Shown: positions 7,502 through 16,685, counted from the first letter of the stretch. The stretch is DNA of 17,514 nucleotides from Candidatus Firestoneibacteriota bacterium (GCA_043822305.1 JBDRBU010000096.1:1-17514), one strand, 5' to 3'. Notes: generated from the letters alone by a model not told the origin. A program made the numbers and translations.

Positions 7502-8869
7502 TTAATCAATAAAACTTCCTGGATTAATAATTCCTTTTGGGTCAAACAATTTTTTAAGTTCTCTCATAATAGTAATTTCAGATTCTTTTAACTGTATATT
7601 TAAAAATTTCTTCTTGCCAATTCCAACTCCATGCTCGCCTGATATTGTTCCACCTCTAGAAACTATATACGGCATAATTTCCCCCATAACCAAATCTACT
7701 TTTTCTTCCTCTTCTTTTTTATCAAGCAAAAAATGTGGATGAAGATTTCCATCTCCGGCATGAGAGATTAATCCAAATAAAATCCCATATTTTTTTGTTA
7801 ACTCATCTAATTTTGCTATTACATCTTTCAAATATGAAACTGGAACGGTTATATCTTCTGCAATACAAATCGGTTTATATCTGGACATACTACCAAATGA
7901 ACTTTTACGAGCTAACCACAAATTTTCAGTTTCAGCCATATCTTTAGAAATTTTAGTCTCGATTGCTTTATTTTCCTTGCATATCTTTAAAACCTTTTTT
8001 GTATCCTCCTCTACTTGCAGTTCATGACCATCTAATTCAATCAAAAGCAATGCTCCTGCATCTTTCTGTAAACCAATCTTTACAAAATCCTCGACAGCAT
8101 TCAGGACAAGTTTATCCATTATTTCAAGAGCAGATGGTGAAACTCCGCTTTTTAAAATTTCCACAACTGTATCACACGCATCATTAATAGAAGAATAATG
8201 ATTTAATATAACCTTCTTATAAGATGGTTGAACAATTAACCTTACTGTTATCTCAACCATTATTCCTAATGTCCCTTCTGACCCGCAAATAAGGGATGTT
8301 AAATCATATCCTACTACATTTTTTTTTGCAAGAACTCCAGTACTTATCACTTCTCCATTGGCTAAAACTACTTTTAATCCAAGAATATAATCCCTTGTCA
8401 CACCGTATTTTATGGCCCTCATACCCCCGGAGTTCAAAGCAACTGACCCACCTATTGTTGCAATTCGACTGCTTCCCAGATCAATTGGATAAAATAACCC
8501 ATAATCATTAAGTTCGCTCTGCAATTCATCTAATATCTTGCCCGGTTGTAAGACAGCATATCTATTTTCTTTATTTATTTCTATTATTTTGTTCATCTTT
8601 GTAAAACTTAAAACAATTCCGCCTTTTTTCGGAACAGAAGCACCGCAAAGATTTGAACCAGAGCCTCTTGGAGTTATATAAAAATTTTCCTTATCAGCTA
8701 ATTTTACTACCTTTACAACATCTTCAATAGTTTCCGGAAAGACAACCACCTCAGGAAGATTCTCCTTTATATATCCATCATATGAATGTGATATCAAATC
8801 TTCCACCTCACTTCTTATCTTATCCTTACTTAATATTTTCTCTAACTCCTCAATCATTTTTCTTTTCAT
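7502..8869 (-). CDS. glcD: FAD-linked 2-hydroxyacid oxidoreductase (GlcD / D-lactate dehydrogenase family)
   Basis: PRGSGSNLCG, ATIGG...KYGVTRDY, GSEGTLG, HAGDGNLHP, GGTISGEHGVG and DPKGIINPG. Confidence 0.88.
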   Translation of the reverse strand: MKRKMIEELEKILSKDKIRSEVEDLISHSYDGYIKENLPEVVVFPETIEDVVKVVKLADKENFYITPRGSGSNLCGASVPKKGGIVLSFTKMNKIIEINKENRYAVLQPGKILDELQSELNDYGLFYPIDLGSSRIATIGGSVALNSGGMRAIKYGVTRDYILGLKVVLANGEVISTGVLAKKNVVGYDLTSLICGSEGTLGIMVEITVRLIVQPSYKKVILNHYSSINDACDTVVEILKSGVSPSALEIMDKLVLNAVEDFVKIGLQKDAGALLLIELDGHELQVEEDTKKVLKICKENKAIETKISKDMAETENLWLARKSSFGSMSRYKPICIAEDITVPVSYLKDVIAKLDELTKKYGILFGLISHAGDGNLHPHFLLDKKEEEEKVDLVMGEIMPYIVSRGGTISGEHGVGIGKKKFLNIQLKESEITIMRELKKLFDPKGIINPGSFID

Positions 8870-8898
8870 TAGTTTTATTCTCTTTTCTTTTATTTTCT

Positions 8899-9192
8899 TT
8901 ATTTACTTTCTTTACTTTCTTTACTCAATTCATCCGCATAATTAAGTTGTAATGTATAAATAATCTGCTCTATTAAATCATTTTCTTCTTTTGAAAGATT
9001 ACCTTTTGTCTTTTCTTTAAACATCCGCAGTATGTCTATCGTACTTTTTGCCTGAACTAAATCCCTCTCTACTTTATTTGTGGCCGGATTAACTATTTTA
9101 CCAAGTTGCATTATAGCCAGATTTTGAAAAGAATAAACCAAATGAAAAAATAAAACTTGAAACAACTGCTTTTCATCAATTTCCTCACTCAT
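8899..9192 (-). CDS. DUF1844 family protein
   Basis: QLGKIVNPAT...DLVQAKSTIDIL...EKTKGNLSKEE...LQLNY pattern. ATG 9192 lies 5 nt after GGAGG (the track starts at GTG 9198). Confidence 0.8.
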   Translation of the reverse strand: MSEEIDEKQLFQVLFFHLVYSFQNLAIMQLGKIVNPATNKVERDLVQAKSTIDILRMFKEKTKGNLSKEENDLIEQIIYTLQLNYADELSKESKESK

Positions 9193-9230
9193 ATCCACCT
9201 CCTAATTTTATTACAGGTATTGAAATAGTC

Positions 9231-9276
9231 TAATTCCCCCTTAATAAAGGGGGGTAGGGGGTTGTTTAATTACAAG
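9231..9276. repeat. CCCCCTT-N4-AAGGGGG repeat copy
   Basis: Matches 6101-6146 at 45 of 46 positions; overlaps the GH38 stop codon. Confidence 0.88.
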
Positions 9277-12200
9277 ACTGTCCCCATTTTGTTCAAAGGT
9301 TTGACCCCAATTTTTATTGTTTTAATCTCAAAAGGTTTAACAAACTTGGTTTTTTTAACCTTCCTCTCGAGCAGATTTACTTCTTCAATTATTCTAAGAG
9401 GTAAAACTGATTTAATATTAAATCTATCAACTTTCTTTCCGTAAGCATCATAAAATCTAATTATAAAACCATCTCCTTTTTCTGATTTCTTTATCGCTGA
9501 AACTATTAAATTGTCCTTATCAAATTTCAAGAAAGAAGCCTCGCCGGCTGGTAATCTTCCATGATGATTAGAAGTCTTTAAAACAAACAACGGATTATTA
9601 AGTTCATATCCCCTCTTAACTACATTTGCTGATTTAAAATCTTTTTTATGTGGATAAAGAGAATAAGTAAACTCATGCACTCCCGTATCTGAATCAGGGT
9701 CAGGGTCATATGCATTCCTAATTAAAGTTAAAGAAATATTATTTCCGGAAATACTATGACCATATTTACAATTATTCAGCAAACTTACACCATAGTCTTT
9801 ATTACTTAAATCTATCCATTTTAAGGCGGGAACTTCTTTGCCATTAGCCGGTCTTTCAATGAAACCAAAAGGAATTTCAAAATTAGCCTGACCATAATCA
9901 ACATTAACCGGAAAAGAAACTTTTAACATTGGTATTCCTTCATTAAAATTTCCTTTTTCCTGCCAGTTTACTTTTGTAACAAAATCTATTCTTTTTATCT
10001 TACTATAAACTATAATTTCTTGTTCAATGTTAGAATTTCCAAAAGTTAATTCTATCTTAAGAGATGCTTTTACAGGCCCATTTGAAATCACTTGTACTTT
10101 TGCGTTTTTATTAAGATTCTGTATTTTCGAAATATTACCTATACACCAACTAGACATAGAATGAGGCTCTTCTGTCCACAACTGAAAAACATTTCCTCGG
10201 CCAAACAATGTCTGGCCTTCTCCTTTTTCACTATAAAATAACACTTCCTTGTCTGCCATACCGGCATCTTTATCTTTCAATGATTCTATTACACCATTTT
10301 TTGGATTAATTGATATTGAATAAAACTCATTTTCCAATATATACTCTCCTTGGACAGTAATTGCTTCTAAATCGCCCGGCTTTTTATCTCCATATGTAAT
10401 ATAATAAACTTTATATCCTAAAGAAGGAACATCCTCTGCAATAAAATATAACATCTCGCCTTCTATCTGTAAGTTTATAATATTTCCTTCATTATCTTTT
10501 AGAATAACATCTCCCTTCTTTAACTCTGATATGTCTATCTTAACCATATCTGTCCTGTTCCAGTTTAAAGTATTAAACACTATGACTGGTTCTCCATCCC
10601 CTTTTGTATTAATTTCATTGGCTATGACTGGGATAGTAGTATTTATTATGTTCTGATAAGTTTCTTTAACATTATTAAAAAGTTCTTTTGAATATTCGTA
10701 TGTTGCTTTAATCCCGGAACCATCCAAAATATCATGAAATTGATTAAAGCACACAATCCTCCATGATTCCTCTAACTTTTTATCGGGATATTTATACCCA
10801 AATATTGAAGCAATGCTTGCCAATATTTCCGCATTTACTAACATGTTTTCGCCTTCACGGTTCATTTTCTTAATATCAGCATGAGTTGTATAACAACCGG
10901 AAAATATAAAGTTAAGTTCATCTTTTATTACTGGAAATTTGCCTTTTTGTTTATCTATTATTTTATAATAGTCAAGAGCGAACCCAGGTTTTATATCCGG
11001 GAAATTTTTGCTTTTCTTTAACTTTAGATAATTTTTCAAATCTTTCCTTGTTGGCCCACCACCATGGTCTCCTACCCCAAAAGAATGCAATATTTTATTA
11101 ACCTTACTTTTCTTGGAAATCTTTAACAAATTATACAAAACACTGTTTGGTTCAATTTCTCCATTATAGCCCTCTATATTAAAACAAAGAACTTCAGAAT
11201 CATCTAGACCTCTCCACCTGAATAATGGATAACCCTGGCCACATCGCATAAAGAAATAATAATTTATATCACACTTTTTTAAAATCTGAGGATAACTAAA
11301 TGGATGACCAAAAGTATCCGGGGCCCAGCAAATTTTTGGCTCTATTAGAAATTTCTCTTTAATATATTTTTTAGCATATAAAGTTTGTCGGACAAGAGAT
11401 TCTCCGGAGGCTATGTTTGGATCACCCTCTACCCATGTAGATGCTGTAATTTCCCATCTACCCTCTTTAACTCTTTTTTTAATTCGTTCAAAAAGTTCTG
11501 GATAGTTATCTTCTACTGTCTTATAAATATGAGCTTGACTTTGAGAAAAACAAAGATCAGGAAATTCACTCATTAATTTATCTACACTATTAAATGTATT
11601 TTTTATAGTCTTAAGTGTATTTTCCCAATCCCACATCCAGTTCATATCAAGATGAGCATGACCGACACAATGGATTAGATATTTTTTGGTATATTTTGAA
11701 AAATCAGGGATGCTCTTTCTTGCCCTTAAAATCGAAATATGAAATTTTAATAAATCCTTATTAAGCAAGGCGTTTTTATCAACACTATTTATCGCGGAAA
11801 TTAGAAGACTTTTGTCACATCTGCCGACGGCCATAAATTCACACATTTTAAGTTCGTTCAAAAACAAGTTAATATCAAATAAAATATTTTCAAGTTTATC
11901 AATATGTAATTGTGTCGACCCAAAACCACCATTCCACTTTATGGCTATTAAAAACTTAGTGGATTTCACCAATGACTTTCTTAAATCAATCATAGTCTCA
12001 AACCAATATTTATCTTTTTCTTTTAAAACTCCATCTACGAAAACTTCCCCACCATTCGGCAAAACTACTCTAAATTGAACATTTGAACCTATTAAATCAA
12101 GAGACCATATTTTATCTGGAACTTCCACCCAAGTTCTTCCCCAATGAACAATATCTGGATTAAGAATCTTAACCTTTATCTCTTCATCCCAATTAGTATC

Positions 12201-12347
12201 GTTAAAATTAGGCTTGAAAGCATCTTCTACATCACCTTGGAAAAAATGCCAATTTTTCATTCCTTTAAACTCATAAATTAGTTCCAAATAATATTTTATT
12301 TCCTTTTCAAAATTTGCAATTTCTTTCTTAATGTCCATTTTTTCCAC
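9270..12347 (-). CDS. Glycoside hydrolase family 38 alpha-mannosidase
   Basis: Zn-binding GHAHLDMNW, nucleophile WAPDTFGH, plus GVGDHGGGP, GCYTTH and NQFHDILDGS. True start may be ATG 12338. Confidence 0.93.
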   Translation of the reverse strand: MEKMDIKKEIANFEKEIKYYLELIYEFKGMKNWHFFQGDVEDAFKPNFNDTNWDEEIKVKILNPDIVHWGRTWVEVPDKIWSLDLIGSNVQFRVVLPNGGEVFVDGVLKEKDKYWFETMIDLRKSLVKSTKFLIAIKWNGGFGSTQLHIDKLENILFDINLFLNELKMCEFMAVGRCDKSLLISAINSVDKNALLNKDLLKFHISILRARKSIPDFSKYTKKYLIHCVGHAHLDMNWMWDWENTLKTIKNTFNSVDKLMSEFPDLCFSQSQAHIYKTVEDNYPELFERIKKRVKEGRWEITASTWVEGDPNIASGESLVRQTLYAKKYIKEKFLIEPKICWAPDTFGHPFSYPQILKKCDINYYFFMRCGQGYPLFRWRGLDDSEVLCFNIEGYNGEIEPNSVLYNLLKISKKSKVNKILHSFGVGDHGGGPTRKDLKNYLKLKKSKNFPDIKPGFALDYYKIIDKQKGKFPVIKDELNFIFSGCYTTHADIKKMNREGENMLVNAEILASIASIFGYKYPDKKLEESWRIVCFNQFHDILDGSGIKATYEYSKELFNNVKETYQNIINTTIPVIANEINTKGDGEPVIVFNTLNWNRTDMVKIDISELKKGDVILKDNEGNIINLQIEGEMLYFIAEDVPSLGYKVYYITYGDKKPGDLEAITVQGEYILENEFYSISINPKNGVIESLKDKDAGMADKEVLFYSEKGEGQTLFGRGNVFQLWTEEPHSMSSWCIGNISKIQNLNKNAKVQVISNGPVKASLKIELTFGNSNIEQEIIVYSKIKRIDFVTKVNWQEKGNFNEGIPMLKVSFPVNVDYGQANFEIPFGFIERPANGKEVPALKWIDLSNKDYGVSLLNNCKYGHSISGNNISLTLIRNAYDPDPDSDTGVHEFTYSLYPHKKDFKSANVVKRGYELNNPLFVLKTSNHHGRLPAGEASFLKFDKDNLIVSAIKKSEKGDGFIIRFYDAYGKKVDRFNIKSVLPLRIIEEVNLLERKVKKTKFVKPFEIKTIKIGVKPLNKMGTVL

Positions 12348-12403
12348 TCCCTTTTAATGTAAATATTCACTCAACCCAGTTACCGTATATTTTAGCAATT
12401 TCT

Positions 12404-12535
12404 GTTTGTCATTGTTTATTATTGCTTGTCATTGATTACTATTGCTTGTCATTGCGAACAAAGTGAAGCAATCTCATGTGTAAAAAAATGCTCGATGCAT
12501 TCTTGCCTTCGGCATAATACCGCCTCGCAATGACA
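12404..12535 (+). repeat. 20-bp tandem repeats running into a GTCATTGCGA repeat and its inverted partner
   Basis: TTGTCATTG recurs with a 20-bp period three times. Full copy at 12447-12476, inverted partner CCTCGCAATGACA at 12523-12535, and a TGCC-TTC-GGCA hairpin at 12504-12514. Confidence 0.8.
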
Positions 12536-12588
12536 CCGCAATAACTGTGTTCAGCAAGGATTTGCTTTTCCTTACTTTCCTTACTGCT

Positions 12589-13578
12589 TCACAGCCATTT
12601 ATTTTCTTTATACCATTTAATGGTTTCAGATATTCCTGTATGTAAATCATATTCAGGAACAAATCCTAATTCATTCCTTGCTTTAGATATATCGCCAGGC
12701 CAGTCACCAATCATCTCTTTCACTTTCTGCCGTGTAAAAATCGTTGAAGTATTTAAAACACTCGCTACAAGTTCTGACAAATATGCAGATGTAAAAATAA
12801 CGCTAACCGGTATTTTTATAGTAAATGCCTTTACCTCCAAAGTTTTAGCCATCTCATCCAGAATTTCTTTCCAGGCATATATCTTATCATCAGCAATTAT
12901 ATATATACGACCATTGGATTTGTCTGTTTTGGTTGACAATATTACTCCTTCTATAAGATCTTTAACATAACATAAACTTATATGTCTTTTCTTAAAACCA
13001 AAAATAGGTTTTATCTTTAACTTCACTGCTTTAAACATACTGTATATATCTTCATCTCTTGGACCATAAATAGCCGGAGGTCTAATAATTGTTACAGGAA
13101 TTTTCTTACTAAATTCTAATACCGCCTCCTCCCCTCTTAACTTACTCTCACCATAATAAGTTACAGGTTTACACTCATTACTTTCATTTATGGATTTTCC
13201 ATCCAAAGAAGGTCCCATAACAGCCAGACTACTTATATAAACAAATTTTTTAATATTCGGATTTTCTTTATATATTATTTCTACCAGATTTTTTGTCCCA
13301 ATGTAATTTACATCAAGGAAATCTTCTTTAGTCCATCCTTTCTTCAATCCAGCCGTATGAAATACATAATCAATATTCTTAAATAATCCTCCCAGACTAT
13401 CCTTGTCTGAAATGTCTCCATATACAAATTTAACCTTTAGATCTTTAATCCATCTTAAATTACTTGTTTTCCTTACTAAACAATATACTTCCATCCCTTC
13501 TTTTAATAACCTTTCCGTAAGAAAACTACCCACAAAACCATTAGAACCTGTAACTAATGCTTTTTTGCCATTTAACAT
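12589..13578 (-). CDS. NAD-dependent epimerase/dehydratase (extended SDR); candidate ceramide reductase
   Basis: VTGSNGFVG, VFHTAG, YISSLA and YGESK (YxxxK). The CerR role is inferred only from context. Confidence 0.85.
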   Translation of the reverse strand: MLNGKKALVTGSNGFVGSFLTERLLKEGMEVYCLVRKTSNLRWIKDLKVKFVYGDISDKDSLGGLFKNIDYVFHTAGLKKGWTKEDFLDVNYIGTKNLVEIIYKENPNIKKFVYISSLAVMGPSLDGKSINESNECKPVTYYGESKLRGEEAVLEFSKKIPVTIIRPPAIYGPRDEDIYSMFKAVKLKIKPIFGFKKRHISLCYVKDLIEGVILSTKTDKSNGRIYIIADDKIYAWKEILDEMAKTLEVKAFTIKIPVSVIFTSAYLSELVASVLNTSTIFTRQKVKEMIGDWPGDISKARNELGFVPEYDLHTGISETIKWYKENKWL

Positions 13579-13590
13579 TTAAATTCTCCC

Positions 13591-13619
13591 TTGACAATTT
13601 ATATTTTTACTGTTATAAT
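13591..13619 (+). promoter_or_regulatory. Perfect-consensus sigma70 promoter for the spt-like gene
   Basis: TTGACA (13591-13596), 17-nt spacer, TATAAT (13614-13619), with extended -10 TG at 13611-13612. Confidence 0.85.
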
Positions 13620-13626
13620 TATATCA
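13618..13626 (-). promoter_or_regulatory. Extended -10 promoter for the SDR gene
   Basis: Minus strand TGATATAAT about 40 nt upstream of the SDR start; weak -35 (TTTTAA). Confidence 0.55.
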
Positions 13627-13672
13627 TAAAAAAGAAAGATTTAAAAGAGTTTTAAACAAAGTGAGGTATCTT

Positions 13673-15082
13673 ATGAAAACTGAGAAAAATATCAAGGAAA
13701 CAAGAGTAAAGTCATTTAAAAGAAGAAGTAAGGCTATGTCTAACGCTGTTATGAAAAAATTCAGGGAACAAATGCCTGAAATCAGTAAATTTAAAGACAG
13801 AATGAAAAACATTTATCAGACTTCTAAACTTAAGATGAAGTTAAAAGCAAGAAAATATGCAAGGATTAGCGAAGAACATGTTATTTCCACAGGCACAAAA
13901 CACGGAGATTTATTTGAGAAAGCAAGAAATTTCACAGCTGCAAACGAAGTTCGAGCTGCTGGCTTATATCCTTATTTCAGAGCATTAGAGTCTGGACAAG
14001 ATACCGAAGTTATGTATCACAACAAAAAACTTATAATGATCGGCTCGAATAACTATCTTGGGTTGACATCTCATCCAAAAGTAAAAGAAGCTGTTATTGA
14101 AGCTGTTAAAAAATACGGTTCAGGATGCAGCGGTTCAAGATTCTTAAATGGGACTTTAGACTTGCATGTTGAGCTGGAAAATAGACTGGCTAAATTCATG
14201 AACAAAGAAACTGTCCTGGTATTTAGTACCGGTTTTACCACAAATTTAGGTGTTATATCATATATTGCAGGTAAAGATGATGTGATTCTATGCGACCGGA
14301 CAAATCATGCCAGTATTATAGATGGTTGCAGATTATCTTTTGCAAAGACAATGAAGTTTAAACACAATGATATGGAGGACCTTGAAAGATTAATTTCAAA
14401 AATTGACCCAAAGGCAGGAAAACTTATAGTGGTCGACGGTGTTTTCAGCATGGAAGGCGACCTTGTAAATTTACCCGGAATAGTAAAAATAGCACAAAAA
14501 CATGGTGCGAGAGTAATGGTTGATGACGCACACTCACTCGGAGTATTTGGTAAAAATGGAAGAGGAACCGCAGAACATTTTGGGTTAGAAGACAAGGTAG
14601 ATATGATCATGGGAACTTTCAGCAAATCATTTGCTTCATTAGGTGGATTTATAGCATCTGAAGCACCGGTGATAGATTATTTAAAACTTTCAAGAGAACA
14701 AATATTTCAAGCAAGCTGCCCTCCGGCAAATGTAGCCGCCGTTTTAGCCGCACTTGATATTATAGAAGCAGAACCGGAAAGGCGTGAACATCTCTGGAAA
14801 ATTACTAGAAAAATGCTTCAAGGATACAAGGATTTAGGATTTAAAATAGGAAATAGTGAATCACCCATAATCCCGATATTTGTCGGGGACGATTATAAAT
14901 GCTTTAAGATGAGTAAGATGTTAGAAGATGAAGGAGTATTCGTAAACCCAATTGTATCTCCAGCTGTCCCACCAGGTCAAGCACTGATTAGGACAAGTTA
15001 TACCGCAACTCATACCGAAAAAGAGATGGATTTTGTCCTTGAAAAATTCAAAAAAGTAGGGAAAGAATTAGGGATAATTTAA
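13673..15082 (+). CDS. spt: PLP-dependent alpha-oxoamine synthase, probably serine palmitoyltransferase, with an N-terminal basic extension
   Basis: GLYPYFR...QDTEV...GSNNYLGLTSHPKVKEA...GCSGSRFLNGTLDLH, NHASIIDG, DGVFSMEGD, VDDAH and GTFSKS (PLP lysine). The N-terminal signature resembles Bacteroidota-type Spt more than BioF/Kbl. GAGG RBS precedes ATG 13673. Confidence 0.8.
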   Translation: MKTEKNIKETRVKSFKRRSKAMSNAVMKKFREQMPEISKFKDRMKNIYQTSKLKMKLKARKYARISEEHVISTGTKHGDLFEKARNFTAANEVRAAGLYPYFRALESGQDTEVMYHNKKLIMIGSNNYLGLTSHPKVKEAVIEAVKKYGSGCSGSRFLNGTLDLHVELENRLAKFMNKETVLVFSTGFTTNLGVISYIAGKDDVILCDRTNHASIIDGCRLSFAKTMKFKHNDMEDLERLISKIDPKAGKLIVVDGVFSMEGDLVNLPGIVKIAQKHGARVMVDDAHSLGVFGKNGRGTAEHFGLEDKVDMIMGTFSKSFASLGGFIASEAPVIDYLKLSREQIFQASCPPANVAAVLAALDIIEAEPERREHLWKITRKMLQGYKDLGFKIGNSESPIIPIFVGDDYKCFKMSKMLEDEGVFVNPIVSPAVPPGQALIRTSYTATHTEKEMDFVLEKFKKVGKELGII

Positions 15083-16584
15083 ATCTTATGTAAAATATCT
15101 TTCAAGGTTGGATAAATTTTCTTGTAAACTTTAAATTTTTCTTCGTAAATTTTGCTTCTTTGGGAATCTGGATAAAAAACTTTTTTAACTTTTACCACAT
15201 TATTTATTGCTTCAAATATAGATTTATATTTCCCTATAGCTACTCCACCAAGTAAGGCAACTCCCAGACACGCTGATTCTGAAACATTCAATGACACAAC
15301 TTTTTTATTAAACATATCTGCTTTTAACTTTAACCATACATCTGATTTTGCACCTCCACCTATGGCTCTTATCTCGTTTATTTTAATCCCTGCCTTTTCT
15401 AAACAATAAAGATTTAATTTCATCTCGTAGGTAATTCCTTCAAGGATTGCTTTAACTATTTCATTTTTTTTAGTTCCTATCGTTAAGCCCAGAATCACAC
15501 CTTTAGAATTAGAATCAAAATATGGAGTTCCTGCTTGTAAAAAATGTGGAAGTATAAATAAATTTGTTGGAGATTTTGGCAGATTTTCTAATATTAGATC
15601 ATATACATCTTTATTTAACTTTTTAGCCAATCTCTTTTCCTCATTAGCCAATATATCTCTATACCATCTTAAAAGTGAACCGCCAGTGAAATTATAGGCA
15701 AAGGTCACATATAATCCCTTTAAAGCCGCAGGAGAACAACAATAGTTGTATTCTAACATCTTTTTATTTAAATTCAATTTATTAAACGTTGGAGTAATAC
15801 ATTCAACTGTTCCAGTAGAATCCATGGCTATTTCTTCTTTTATTATACCTGAACCAAGTGCTCCGGCTGGTTGGTCATGTGCACCAGAAACTAATAAAAC
15901 TTTTTTCTTAAAACCTAATTGTTTTGCAACTTTTTCGGAAACTTCTCCTATGATTTCTCCGGAAGGTTTAATGTTTGGTAACAAATTCTCATCTAGGCCA
16001 GCAATATTTAATATTTTATCAGACCATTTCTTCTTACTTATATCAAAAGCCATTGTCCTGGCTGCAATAGAGTAATCAGTTATAGTCATTCCACCTAATT
16101 TATAAAAAACAAAGTCCTCATAACATAAAAATTTCCATACTTTTTTAAAAAGTTGTGGGTTAAACTTCTTTAACCAAATCAGTTTATTAACCGTTAAAAC
16201 AGGATTTAGAGATTGTCCGGTTATTTTAAAGATATTAAATCTTCCAAGTTTTTCTTCCCATCCTTCCATTAAAAACTCAGCTCGTGTATCTAAATTAGCA
16301 ATACTATTACCTAAAATATTACCATTAGAATCAACAGAAACAAAACTTTCGCCCATTGATGAAACTGAAACAACTTCGACAGGGTCCTTCTTTGACAGAA
16401 TATTAACTTTTTTAATAACTTCTTCTATTGAATTCCATACAATATGCGGATTTAATTCTATCCAACCTTGTTTGATATAAATTAAAGGATATTCTTTATA
16501 CGAAGAAGCAATAATTTTCCCTTCCAAATTAAAAACTACTGCCTTAACACCTGTTGTCCCAACATCTATACCTAATAAACTCAT
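15079..16584 (-). CDS. FGGY family carbohydrate kinase (xylulokinase-like)
   Basis: LLGIDVGTTGVKA, TDYSIAART, GAHDQ, AILEGI and GGGAKS. AAGGAG RBS before ATG 16584. Its stop overlaps the convergent spt stop. Confidence 0.9.
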   Translation of the reverse strand: MSLLGIDVGTTGVKAVVFNLEGKIIASSYKEYPLIYIKQGWIELNPHIVWNSIEEVIKKVNILSKKDPVEVVSVSSMGESFVSVDSNGNILGNSIANLDTRAEFLMEGWEEKLGRFNIFKITGQSLNPVLTVNKLIWLKKFNPQLFKKVWKFLCYEDFVFYKLGGMTITDYSIAARTMAFDISKKKWSDKILNIAGLDENLLPNIKPSGEIIGEVSEKVAKQLGFKKKVLLVSGAHDQPAGALGSGIIKEEIAMDSTGTVECITPTFNKLNLNKKMLEYNYCCSPAALKGLYVTFAYNFTGGSLLRWYRDILANEEKRLAKKLNKDVYDLILENLPKSPTNLFILPHFLQAGTPYFDSNSKGVILGLTIGTKKNEIVKAILEGITYEMKLNLYCLEKAGIKINEIRAIGGGAKSDVWLKLKADMFNKKVVSLNVSESACLGVALLGGVAIGKYKSIFEAINNVVKVKKVFYPDSQRSKIYEEKFKVYKKIYPTLKDILHKI

Positions 16585-16628
16585 AGTCTCCTTGCCCTTG
16601 GCGAACAACTATTCCTACTCTGATTGCT

Positions 16629-16685
16629 GTGTCATTGCGACACAGTCTCAATGACACCACAATACGGCTTTCACTGACTATTTAT
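16629..16685. repeat. Shortened GTCATTGCGA hairpin followed by a MITE-like right end
   Basis: GTGTCATTGCGAC-ACA-GTCTCAATGACAC stem-loop (16629-16657). ACGGCTTTCACTGACTATTTA (16664-16684) is identical to 6258-6278. Confidence 0.75.

Noticed and set aside
12401..12476. Possible CRISPR array
   Set aside because: The period is only 20 bp with three degenerate units, no spacers of CRISPR length and no cas genes.
12474..12662. 62-aa minus-strand ORF
   Set aside because: It overlaps the SDR 3' end out of frame and runs through repeat DNA; no RBS or family signal.
13673..15082. Annotation as bioF or kbl
   Set aside because: No biotin or tdh genes are nearby and the N-terminal signature fits Spt better; not formally excluded without a phylogeny.
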